A program made the translations under genes and the position numbers. The notes below the pieces were generated by a model. The model did not search any database. It worked only from the letters and a program-made list of their open reading frames with translations, and was not told the origin of the DNA. Shown one piece after another: positions 34,701-46,370 of a stretch of 52,826 nt of DNA (position 1 is its first letter; every line of letters starts with the position of its first letter). The stretch lies in the NCBI GenBank assembly GCA_001655205.1, contig LPNZ01008798.1, positions 1-52,826 on the forward strand, given 5' to 3'. This DNA is from Lenisia limosa. Its lineage: Eukaryota; Protista; Breviatea.

Positions 34701-36498
34701 GTTAGATTCCGTCTTCTGCAAGGCTAAGTCATTGTTGAATCTCTCCGTCAATTCACGGATCTCGCTGTCCTTCAAGTCGCTGACATTAGCAACTGCTGTC
34801 TCTTTGGCTTCCTCAAGGGCACTAAGAGCACTGGCGTGCTTGACCTCCAGCGCCTCAGTCTTTTCGTCCATAATTCCAACAAGACGAAGCTTCTCAGCCT
34901 CATTGCTTTCAGCCATTTCAACAATTTTCTCCTTATGACCAGCCCGAAGCTGGTCCAGCTCTGCCTGGTGAGCAATTCTGACTTGGTTCAGCTCTTCAGC
35001 CGCGGCGGCAGTAACTTCGTCAATTGCAGATCGCGTCTGTTCCAATTTAGCTTCCAACTCTTCGGCACTTGATGACTGTGTTTCCACAAGCTGGTTCTGC
35101 AGGGGGGGGGGGGGGNNNNNNNNNNNNNNNNNNNNNNNNNNNNNNNNNNNNNNNNNNNNNNNNNNNNNNNNNNNGCCGATTCTATTCGAGACAATTGTGA
35201 GCAAACCTTTAAATTGGTTATCTCAGAGTCGGTTCGCGACTTTTCATCCTTTAACTCTTGATCTAAGCGATCTCGGCTTTCAGTCATTGTGTTCAATGCT
35301 GACTCAAGTTCAAAAACACGCTGCTTCATTTCTTCGATTTCATCACTCATTGACAAACCATCAGATGTGGCCATTTTCAAGGCTTCTGTCGTCGCTGTAA
35401 GTTTCCCTTCTGATGTGTTCAGTTGCTTTGACAACTCCAGAATCCGGTTGTCATTGTTCTCTTCGTTCCTTTTCTCTTCTTCCATTTGGAGCTTTGCGGC
35501 GGTGGTCAAGTCTTCAATCTTCTTCTCATATCCGGTGCGCAATGCCGCCATCTCCTCATATGACACACGCAATTCATCACTGACCTTATGAAGCCGAAGT
35601 TCCATTTCCGCCTTGGCCCCTTTCATGAAGATAAGCTCGTCCCTTTCCTGCCGGATAATATCGGCCTCGGTCTTGATCTTTTCTGATTTGGCATGTGCGG
35701 CGGCGGAATCCTGGTCAGCCGACTCTCGAAGTTTCGTCATCGCTTCCTGTTGCGTAAGATAGTTATATTTTAGTCTAAAATTTCATATTGCATATAAATA
35801 AAAGAAAACCAAATTTTTGCCTCGGGATAGTTTTCACTAATTAGAAGAGTTTTCCTCTCTCAAACTCCCAGCAACAAAAGAATGAAAGCAATGAGGAGAG
35901 AGGCTTTACTGAAAAAAGAATGTTCTCAGAGTTTTTTTTTTGAAATAATCCACAAAAAAGGAAAAATACAACGCACTCAAAGATGATACTGTTTGTAGTT
36001 TGCTTCAAACCAGCCTACCAGTGCCGCCAGAATAGAGGAGTACTCCTCTTGACATTCTTTCAATCTTTCAGTCAAAGCCTCGTTAGCCTCTTTCTCAATG
36101 CTCAACTTCTGAGCTTTATCTTCAACTTGAGCTTGACATGCTTCGAGATCTTTAGTTGCCTTAATAACTTCTTCATTTTTTGTGTCAAGGTCAGCGAGAG
36201 CCTGTTTGGTGGCTTCTTCAGCCAAGGCAACGCTGGCAACAGCACTTGAACGTTCTTGCTCCGACTGCTGTTGGTTCAGTTCAGCCTGCTTCCGACCATC
36301 TTCTGCCTCCTCAGCTCGAGCATTCATGGTTTGCATCCGGGTCAAGATACCTAAAGAGTCAACCACGAGGGCAGTTGTGTGACATCTAGAATAACATCAA
36401 TTATCCCGTCTTTGGGAGCACGTCTCACTTTTTGGGACTGTCGGCGGCTCAGGTTCGACAGTCGGAATCTTAACTTCATCCAGAGCTATGCTCTTCAT
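25785..36498 (-). CDS. Giant coiled-coil protein with C-terminal armadillo/HEAT-like repeats; 5' end approximate
   Basis: Large heptad exons (129, 250, 718, 330 aa ORFs) join in phase at the junctions checked (AAL|EAMTK, TNLK|NQLV, SAR|LELA, IDE|LEQT, LEQ|EIEG, QTK|VLEM). A linker GEE|DSLITP...RQ|GASQ...LWM| leads to ARM-like exons (ASLRAAALLLANLC, SALDELVRLNGVRPVL, GIHHVIESL, GIAWLVFAC) ending ...YATRVMARIQS*. Four N gaps interrupt it. Confidence 0.75.
30482..30526 (-). repeat. Tandem duplication (period 24 bp) spanning a 3' splice acceptor of the giant coiled-coil gene
   Basis: atcttcaaccctaaaagtggt at 30482 and 30506; on the minus strand each copy reads accacttttag|ggttgaagat. Confidence 0.85.
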
Positions 36499-37020
36499 CT
36501 AAAAAAAAATATCATCTCGGCAATGCTCAAATGCACTGTAAAATAAATGAATAAAACCATCCCCTTAAATTGCCATTCTCAGCTTCTCCCAGAAACACCA
36601 ATTCTATAATCAAGAGGACTGTTAATTAATTAGTGACAAATATAAAAATCTTCCAATTATTTGTGAATAACTGGTAATTCATTTAAACTATTTGTGCAAT
36701 ATGTCTAATAATTGGAAATACAAAAGAAGAGAAATAATCAGCAGGTAATGGTAAACCAGAATCTCTGCTCGGATCCAAAGCCAGTCTGTGTGTTTCAAAT
36801 ATTCACTAAAATTCCAAATAAAAAGGAGGATAAGATGAAAGGAAGAGAAAGAGGGGGATTTCCCTTGAAATACTATTTTAAATATTTTAAGCTTGAGGGC
36901 ATTTCCACTGCTGGGTGCCCAACAGAAACATCAAAAGCAGCCCAGCAGTTGTTCAATAAATGCTGGAGATAAAACATTGAAACCACCTTCAAACCATCTC
37001 GGTTGGTGTATTTCAATGGA

Positions 37021-37286
37021 TTATTCTTGATCATTATCATCTACCATAGCTATGTTTAAGTGTAGATATTCTGTATCAATATTGTCCACGTGGAAGCCAG
37101 AGCTTGCATAACACCATACTATCATTTGGTTCATTTATATACTAAACATACAGTCAAATTAATGAAGATCTATCGAGAAAGTAACCAATTCAATTTATTC
37201 TTGACCATTATCATCTACCATAGCTCTGTTTTAAGTGTAGATAATCTGTATCAATATTGTCCACGTGGAAGCCAGAGTTTGCATAA
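37021..37286. repeat. Spaced direct repeat of ~91 bp (37021-37111 and 37195-37286)
   Basis: ttattcttga(t/c)cattatcatctaccatagct...gtatcaatattgtccacgtggaagccagag(c/t)ttgcataa present twice with few differences. Confidence 0.9.
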
Positions 37287-38680
37287 GGGTCCCAGCCAAC
37301 CAGTTCGGCCTTAGGGCACCACTCCCTATCCGGAGCAAAGGCCTCGAGAATTCGAATAGCAGGTTCATACTGTGCAATTCGTGCGCTAAGTGAGTCGCTG
37401 GCTGCAGTGTGACACACAGGAAACCACAGACCCTCAAATAGTATAGTATCATTTCCCATCAAACATACCTGATTCAATTAAGATGGACAAGCAATGGGCA
37501 AGGGATGGAACTGCGGGGTGGTTTGCGGTAACAGATGAGTCAAGAGCACTACACAATGCGAAAAGGGCGTCCAACACGCCAGACTGCGCAAGAATCAAGC
37601 CGCCGCCACGAATGGTTCCAATGTTTGCTGCCAACGTCGTGGCTGCCGCAGTGATGTGCCGGTCAAGGGACACGTCAAAATATGGGGTTACAACAGCTAT
37701 GCGGGGAGGAGTAACCAGCATGGCACGACCGGAGGCTGACTTGTCAGAAACACGCAGGGCAATGTTTCACTTACCAGCGAGAATAAAATGAGCAAAGAAA
37801 GATAGCGATGCAACAATAAGGTCAGTTGGAAGTCTTGATGGGTCACCAAACAAAAGTCCAAGCAAATGAAGTGGGAAGTCTTCCCTTGCTATTTGATCCG
37901 AAAGAGTGACTACAAAATGAGAACGGTATTCTAAAATGATCCCATGATCGTTTGTCTTACCATCCAGAGCAATGACATAGCCAAGCGCTTTAAGAATACC
38001 GACCAAAAGTGCCACGCATTGTGATGTGGACTGTAACGTTAGAGCAACTGCAGGCTCGACTGAATTGTACCCCCGTTGTTGTAAAGCGAGAAAACGCCTC
38101 CCCCTCACTTGGACAGAAACGCCTCCCCCTCACTTGGACAGACCCAGTCTCGTCTACAGCCCAGGCGTAGACCTGAATCACGGATTGGGCCGCTACCTTG
38201 CAGAGCTGTGCGATGATCCCAGACGTCTGAAGGCTCTCATTAAAGCCCTGAAGTGGATTCTTGAGCCCCTAAAAGCAAGTAATTACATAAAATGTTTCAG
38301 AAAATAATTCTTCTCAAATCCAATCCAATCACCCACTTCAACATTGATGGAATGACAATGAAATGCTAAGCTAGTCAAGAGGCGAGCGGCTGACGCGCAT
38401 GGTTCTTCCCCATTATGAAGAGCGCTTTGGAGAAGAGAAGGGACATCTGTCTTTGTAACCAGCCAAATAGCTCCTTTTCCTAGAAAAGTATAATTTGACA
38501 ACAGAGAGAGAGAGAGTGGGTGAGCTTACTATCTCGACAAAGTAACTCTGCAGTGAATACTGCAGCTCGTACGTCATTGCCCCAGATATGAGACTTAAAT
38601 ATTTTGAAGATATTTTGAGCTTCAGAGTCCAAAGAGGCTTCTGTAGTAACGGGAATGGTATCGTCCTCGTCCTCGCCCAT
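37211..38680 (-). CDS. Armadillo/HEAT-like helical-repeat protein (possibly the 5' part of the giant coiled-coil gene)
   Basis: MGEDEDDTIP...AAVFTAELLCRD|GAIWLVTKTDVPSLLQSAL...AARLLTSLA|...SGIIAQLCK...VALLVGILKALG...GGGLILAQSGVLDALFALC...SLAHCLSILIES|ASDSLSARIAQY; Leu-rich helical repeats, GT-AG introns. Confidence 0.65.
38092..38141 (-). repeat. Perfect 25-bp tandem duplication inside the ARM gene coding path
   Basis: aaacgcctccccctcacttggacag x2 (38092-38116, 38117-38141). Confidence 0.9.
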
Positions 38681-39023
38681 GGCGTCTCCAAGCTAATTTT
38701 TGATAATTCTTGACGGTGGGTTTACTGGCAGTTACTGGTCACTAGTGGCAAGGCCAAGGGGCTGGCAAGGGGCTGGGAATCGGGCTTGGCTAAAAAGCTA
38801 AAAGGCAAACAACACGGACCGGATTAACCCAGCAACGCGGGGACCTTGTGGCACCCAGGTGGCACCTTGCCTGCACCCACAGCTTCACCAGCCGTTGCAC
38901 CATTTGCTTGCTTTTTAAGCCTTTGACAGCCCGTTGACTTAGGAGCATTCTTCCAGCTTTCCAGCTTCCAGCTTCAACGCTTCAACCTACTAGGCGTGAC
39001 ACCCTGACCTGCTACAACACAAC

Positions 39024-40612
39024 ATGGCCCCTCCTTCAACTTCTGTTGGTTAAATTGAGTGTAAAAACTTTTATTGCACTGTTACGTATTCACTTTACTT
39101 CGGTCAGGTGGTCAAACGTGGACCATTAAAATCCATCCTTGCAGGAGGCTTAGCTGGTGGAATAGAAATCACTGCATCCTACCCAACCGAGTATGTCAAA
39201 ACACAGCTGCAGCTTATGAAGCCAGGTCAATTCAGAGGTATTGTAATAGAGCCTCTTCGCTGTTTTAACTGTCAAGGTCCCGTTCATTGCGTTCAACAAA
39301 CAATCAAGAACCATGGATTCTTGGGAATGTATAGAGGGCTTGGCATGCTTGTAAGAGGAGGAGGAGGGGGGGGGGGGGGGNNNNNNNNNNNNNNNNNNNN
39401 NNNNNNNNNNNNNNNNNNNNNNNNNNNNNNNNNNNNNNNNNNNNNNNNNNNNNNNNNNNNNNNNNNNNNNNNNNNNNNNNNNNNNNNNGGCGTTTCGCTT
39501 CCTCTTTTATGAGCAGGTCGGGATTCTATTATATACTATTATATGAGCCATGTGTGTGAAACCTTTCCCTGTTAGTGCTGTAGCTATTAGAAAGAGCAAA
39601 AAAAAATCATTTTCTCATTCAGGGAGTATTATTTGAATTTAGGAGATTTACATATTAGGCTCGTAATATGTTGATGAAAGACGGAGAGTTATCACGTCCA
39701 CGAAGCTTTTGTGCTGGTCTCATTGCAGGTGTCGGTAAGAGCGTTCTTTTCTTCTGTTTTGTGCTCATTGTTCAGGAGAAGCTATTTTCGCAGTGTGTCC
39801 CATGGAAACTGTCAAAGTGATGATGATTGCTGACCAGAGAAGGGAAATTCCCCAGTATAGAGGTGAATAGCCAAAGAGAACAAGCAATGTAACACTTCAG
39901 GCCTTGTGCATGGCATTCGAAGCATGGTGTCCGAGCAGGGCTTCAGAGGAATCTATAGAGGACTTGCTGCTACGATTGTCAAGCAAGGTTCTAATCAGGT
40001 TAGCATTGGTTTGAATTGTGTTACTCTTTAGGCAATTCGTTTTCTTTTGTTCAATGAGTACAGAAAGTTTATCACTGGTGACACATCTTCAAAACTGCCT
40101 GTTCACCACAGGTTTGTTGATTGAGTTATACAACTGATGTATTAGCTTGTTAGGAGGAGCGGTTGCCGGAATGTCATCATGCGTGGTAAACACCCCAGTG
40201 GATGTCATTAAAACGAAGATGCAGGTGTGTTGTCAATATTTCAGAAATATATTTGTCTTTGAAGGTCTCATTTTATGTAGAGTATGGAGAGCTCCATGTA
40301 CAATAGCACTATTGACTGCATTCAACAAACATTCAGGGTGAGTCCAAGTGCCTATTTTAGTGTTACCAAAAACAATAATATATATGATTTGTAATAGGTA
40401 TATACTCTATGATGTGAGTACCCTGAGAGCTTTGTTAGTCTTATTTTTTAGAATCAAGGTGCACGTGGCTTCTACAGAGGTCTTGTTCCAAGACTTTCTC
40501 GTGTTTGTCTAGACTCTGCTCTAATCTTCACTCTCTATGACCAGGTAATGCAAAATTTATTCTGGTAAAATTCACTGATCAGGTCATTACTTTAATTGAC
40601 AGAGCTTGGTAG
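39024..40612 (+). CDS. SLC25A1: Mitochondrial tricarboxylate (citrate) carrier
   Basis: Three carrier repeats with PxExxK signatures: [47 protein letters not shown]; also KQGSNQAIRF and [13 protein letters not shown], characteristic of CTP1/SLC25A1. Confidence 0.9.
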
Positions 40613-41242
40613 CCTTTCTGCATGGTTTATCTTATGTTTTTTTTTCTTTTTTGCATAATAGATCTTTGATGTTGATATGATTCAATGAGCTATTTTAGAT
40701 GATGCTTCACATCGAGGATACATTTCAGATGTCTTTGTTTTCCACTTTTGCCGCGATAGAAACGCCAGTTGAAAAAATTAGTAGTTGGGTTACATATTCC
40801 TCCTAGCTTCTACCCTTACACAAAAACCCTGACTCACACATTTTTACTAGATGTGGACCCTCCACCCAACTGCCACCCCCCCCCCCCNNNNNNNNNNNNN
40901 NNNNNNNNNNNNNNNNNNNNNNNNNNNNNNNNNNNNNNNNNNNNNNNNNNNNNNNNNNGCCTTGGCTTTGACAACAGTAAATTAAAATCACGCAAGATAC
41001 GCTCGGTTTTGGCTCTATTTGTGGTTTATTTGAGCCAGTTTCTGGGTTGTCACCCTGCTTTTAACAGTGTATGCCGGGACATGGGTCAGAGAGACCTTGT
41101 CCGGGATGGGGGGTTGGGCGAGGTTGCTCAACCTGAGAACTGATTTAGCGTTATATTAATGTTTTTCACTGATCAGAGCATAATGCATTAGAAACTTCTA
41201 TCTTGAAATTACACCAAACACTAAATCCAAAAATAAACTACC

Positions 41243-44166
41243 TTACGCCAGTCCCATATCCTTCTTAAGCTGCTCTTTGTACATACGGATGTCACTATGC
41301 CATTTGGTCAGCTTGCCATCACCACAAATCCAAATTTCCTTTGCAACCTGCAACCGTGACAAGAGGCACTTTAAATGGTTTCAAACCTGGTCAATGAGTC
41401 GGAAGTCATGAGACACGAGAACCATTCCTCCATTCCACGCGTTGACTGCCTCCGCCAGTGAATCAATCATTTCGGTTGACAAATGGTTTGTAGGCTAAAA
41501 ATATTAATTATACTTCACTAAAATAATAAAAACAGGGTGAAATTCATAGGCAAACCTCATCAAGGAGGAGGAGGTGGGGATGTTGCATTGATATCCAGGC
41601 AAAAACAATTTGAGATTTCTGACCATCAGACAACTGACTAATCTAAAGATATCAGATGGCACGGAATTGCCAAAAATAACTAAGGGAAGAATAAGGCAAA
41701 TGTTTGTCAACTGAATGTTGCAATCAATAAAACAGTACAACCACTAACAGGAGTAGTTTGTTCCTTTCCAGTGATACCGAATCGTCCCAATTGAGATCTC
41801 ATTTTTTCAAGTTCCTTCACCTGAAAAGTCACAGACAAAAAATAACTTACTTGAGGGAACTCATCCATCATGTATTGCAGTGGGCATTTGTCCATGTCAA
41901 GCTTGAAGGTCAAAAATATCCAGAAAAATGTGACCAACCTGTTCCTCTGAATGCTGATGATAGCGTGCGATTTTGAGGTGAGAGTGCCTGCGAATCATAC
42001 CATCAGTAGGGATGAGCTCCGTATGCATCAGCTAAGGGGTAACCTATCCGCCTGAAAGCAAGGACAAACCTTGAGAAGGGTAGATTTGCCACCACCATTC
42101 TTTCCAACAAGCGCAATTCGACTGTCAAGATCTACTCCAAACTCCAGGTTTCTGGGTGTTTAGTGAATGTGATCTACCAACCTGAAGAGCTCAGGACTGT
42201 TGGGGTAGCCAAAAGCGGTGTTGTTGAACTGGAGAATTGGGGGAGGAAGCTTGCTACACTCAGGGAAGAACAGGGAAATGGTACGGTCACGTTGGGGCTA
42301 AATGGTGAGATGGCTCAACCTATCAAAAACCAACCTTAAGCGTAAGACCCTTCTCAACCATCTTGGCCAGAGTTTTCTCTTTGCTTTGAGCTTGACGGGC
42401 CATTTTGCGGTTACCATGACCAAAGCGAGCAATATACTCCTGAATTGTCAGACCAAGATACCATTCTGAATGAGGGGAGGATCTGTGGGCTAACCTTCAT
42501 ATGAGAAATGTCTTCCTGTTCTTTGTCATGTTTTCTTTGTTGGTTAAGCTCCAGGTCAGCGCGAGCTTGAACGTAGGAGTCAAAGTTACCTGAAGAGTAA
42601 GGTATGAATTTGACACATTTGAAACAGATGGTTAGGTATGCTGGGGAGGCACGCAGCAAGCTGTGTGCACAGAGTTGTAAGGCAAATGATTGGGTGAAGT
42701 AATACTATATTATAATCCAATATCTCTTAGAAGTGTGATGGTGTGGACGGTTTATACATCTTTATTTTTTATTTTTCATTGCTATATCCATCCAACATAC
42801 CACCATAGTACATCAGCTTCTTAAGATGGAGATGAATGATGTTGGTGCAGACAGTGTTGAGGAAGTCCTAGATTATCAAAAAAAAAAAAAAAAANNNNNN
42901 NNNNNNNNNNNNNNNNNNNNNNNNNNNNNNNNNNNNNNNNNNNNNNNNNNNNNNNNNNNNNNNNNNNNNNNNNNNNNNNNNNNNTTTTTTACTCATAATA
43001 AAGTCTGGTTCCTCACCTGAGAATGGGAAACAAGAAGAAGAATCTTACTGTAACGTGAGAGGAAATCTTCAAGCCACACAACGGCCTCAAGGTCTAGGGG
43101 GGAAGTAAGGTTGTCACCTGGGATACTAGTCTAGTCTATTGATCATTAAGTTGAAATGCACCAACCAAGATGGTTTGAAGGTTCATCAAGAAGAAGCATG
43201 GTGGGGGCCTATATTGTTAGAAAACTATTTTCAATCACTTTACCTTCAACAGCGCCTTTGCAAGAGAAATACGCATTCTCCAACCACCAGAGAACTCAGA
43301 AGTGGTCTATGTGGTAAAGAGGAATCCCTAAAGACAAGGAAATAAAACCAAGTCACAGACCTTCTTCATCATGACTTTGGTGAAGCCAAGACCATGAAGA
43401 ATTTCGGAACCGCGAATACGAAGAACGTCAGTGTCAAGGTTGTCAAGATCCTCGTAGGCTGAACAAGAGTTAGAACGCCTTGGTAGAATACTCAAGAGGA
43501 TTAAGTTGCAGACCTTGATGGAGCTGATCTTCAATCTCCGGAGAGGGGTCGGCATAAGAAGAAAGCTCCTCAGCAAGCTCCTATTCAAGGTAATATCGTT
43601 GTAACCAATAAACATTCAATGTTATAATACATAAGATCTCTTAAAAAACCCAAAAAATTATCACCTTTTCTCATTGACTACTCATCTCTGCTTCATGGCC
43701 ACCTCCAAACCTCAAGTCTCTCTTTCTGGGTTTCAACATCGTCCATCACTGCCTCAATAGGGGTCAAGTCTGTCTTGGGATATTCACCATCAAGCATATA
43801 AACGTCAATGTGATCCGGGAGGGGAACTTCTCGAGAGGCAATCGCACGCAGGAGGGTGGATTTACCTAGACAATAGGAAGTGAAATCAAGGTAGGGAAAC
43901 TAACCAGCGCCATTTGGGGCCAATAGACCATATCTACGTCCATGATTGAGGGTTAAAACACAGTCTTCGACGAGGACACGGCCATGGAACTCCAGGGAAA
44001 AGCCTTCAACGCGGACATCACGTGCAAGAGCCTGGGACGCAAGAACACCTGTAACATTGCGATCAGAAATTTCAATTGGGGTCTCCTCTTCCTTAGCGGC
44101 AAGCTTAGGCGCAACCTCCTTTTCCTTCTTTCCCTTTCCGGAACGCTTTCCCTTCTTTGGAGCCAT
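41243..44166 (-). CDS. ABCF2: ABC-F family translation-associated ATPase, ABCF2/Arb1 type
   Basis: Two NBDs with no TM domain: [98 protein letters not shown]; ends ...KKDMGLA*. Confidence 0.95.
42636..42800. mobile_element. Family B MITE-like copy occupying the 5' end of ABCF2 intron 42590-42800
   Basis: Begins gtatgctgg and ends ccaacatac (9-bp imperfect inverted ends). The interior aligns with 13875-14030 (aaggcaaatgattgggtgaa, aatccaatatctctta, gtgatggtgtggacgg, cattgctatat). Confidence 0.8.
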
Positions 44167-44438
44167 TTTAGAGCCAAAAAACTATTACAGGTGTTCAACA
44201 GGCCAATCAAACACTGAAAGGCCGAGAAAGGCCAACCTTGAACTTGAAGACTGAAAGCTAGGAGGCATGGGGTAGTAGAATATATTATATCTGGGGAAAC
44301 GAGGTCTTGTGTAATAGTCGCTCTTCTAGAACTTCCTTGTTCCTTGTCGTCGCTGGTCGTCGAAGAGATTAGAGACAGTTAAGAGATTGGGAGATTGGAG
44401 CATTGGAGGAGATAAGGGAGGATAAGAGAAGAATAGAT

Positions 44439-46188
44439 ATGGCAGATCTGAGCAATCCCAAGCACTTCAAAACAGCCCTTACCAGCTTCATTAGGTTCAT
44501 TTATTACAATGACTACAAACTCTCAAGAGAGGCGGTTGCAGAACACCTCTTTCCTGAAAACGACAATGCTGCCACAGGTTTGTGAGTCTGTTCAGTAGTA
44601 GTGATATTTGAATCCATTGCTCACCTCATCTCTTTAAAATGAATTTTAAACCCTATTTTTTTTTATCCTTTATTGGTTTTTAATATCACCCACACCCCCT
44701 TTGCTCATCATCAGAACTGGAAGATGAGTTTGAGAAAATCCAAGATGGAGTGGAACTTGCAGTTTTAGAGGCGTGGAGTGAAGAGGAAGCGGTTGACGAA
44801 GTTAAACAAGTAAAAAATATTTTTATAACTTACGGTTTAGCTTGGTTTTTCTCAAGAACAACAAGCTGTTTTTGTGGAAGTCTGGAAGGTACATAGACAC
44901 AAGGTAGGGGATATCAGAAGTAGACCTCTCTCATATCTTAGATTCTTGAGAGAATTTATCAGCTAAGGGCAAATGAAAATGTTATTCAAAACATCACATG
45001 GCGTGTGGCACAACCTAAAGTTTGCTTCTGACTTTGATTTCCCATAAAGATAGTTTTATAATAAATATGACGTAGGCTGGAGTGTTGGGATGCCGTACTA
45101 CAGAAGCGACTGACCTGGGGTTTGTTTGTTTTGCTGTTCTCAACCATCGTGTGTTTCTCGCCAGCAGAGTTGATTTTGGGTTTTTTTGTTTCATAAATTT
45201 TCCAGTTTCACTCCCCTCCGAATATGGTGCTGCTGAATCCACTGATGTATCCTATGATGTATCTCCAATAGATTTGATTTTTTTGGGAGAAAGGGAATTG
45301 ATCATTAAACATTTTTCATCCCCACCCACTTGGAACAGAAATGGTGCTGAAGAATCGACATTGGGTTAGATTTTTTGGGAACTATTAGTCCTTTATTCCA
45401 ATTCTGTCAGCTTTTCCTTTTGGAATTTCTTATACTCAAGGTGAGAGCAAAATCAGCAGAAGATCATGAAATTGATCCTATTGTCCTTTTAGAAATTGAC
45501 TCAACAGAAATAGCCTGCCCTAATGAGGTTTGTCTGTGACGTTTTTTTTTTCTGTTTTTGCTTTTGCTTTGACAAATTCTTGAGTTTGCTAATTGGATGG
45601 AAAAGGCCGAATTGATGTGCTTAATATTCGCTTAGTGATATCTATTTGTTACTTCTATTAGTCTAGGTTTCCCACACAGGACTCTTTAGAACCGCTTAGT
45701 TTTAGCGGGAAACTAGCTTCAAAGAACATTATGCAACAACACAATTTTCTTCTCAGAACCTCCTTTTCCATATTTACAAAATTCTAAAGAAGAACTGTTT
45801 ATCATATGATATATCATATGTAAAAACTGTAACAGATAAGCGCTGCAGAAAAATGCTGTCGACTTTTGGAGAAGCACTTAGGAAATGGGGTAAACAGATC
45901 AAATAGAACGTGCATGTCCTGTACCTCTCAGATACCATTCATCTTGCTTGCACTGTGTTCTTTGAATTTTCTTGAACTGATCAAATAGTTGAGATTATAC
46001 TTTGGCATTTTCTTATACGTTTCAGCAAAGGATGCATTTTAATGCTTTCTGTACTGGTTTTTACTTCATAGACACATTCTGTGGAGCTGAACGCAGCTAT
46101 GTTAGACGACTTGATTTCTCAACTCAAGGTTATTATGAAGAAAAGTCTCGGCAAGCAAGAAATTGAGAGTTATGAGATTCCACTTTAG
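44439..46188 (+). CDS. COMMD1: COMM-domain protein, COMMD1-like (Commander/CCC complex)
   Basis: YNDYKLSREAVAEHLFPE and QQAVFVEVWKVHRHK parallel the COMMD1 N-terminal domain; COMM domain IQNITWR...DPIVLLEI...VELNAAMLDDLISQLKVI. Paralogue assignment is less certain than the family. Confidence 0.65.
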
Positions 46189-46370
46189 GTATCCTTTCTT
46201 CTTATTATTTATTCACATTTGACAAGTGTTGGTTGAGAGGTACATAGGAAGTTGAAATAATAATAATAAAAAAGAGTCACCTTGAACAAGTAAAAGATTT
46301 AAAATTACAATAATAATAAAGGATACAAAGATAGAATCAAAATAAAATAGTAAGAAATAGTGGACTGTTT

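Noticed and set aside
27596-34938. Numerous plus-strand ORFs antisense to the giant gene
   Set aside because: Ser-rich shadows expected from antisense reading of GC-rich coiled-coil codons.
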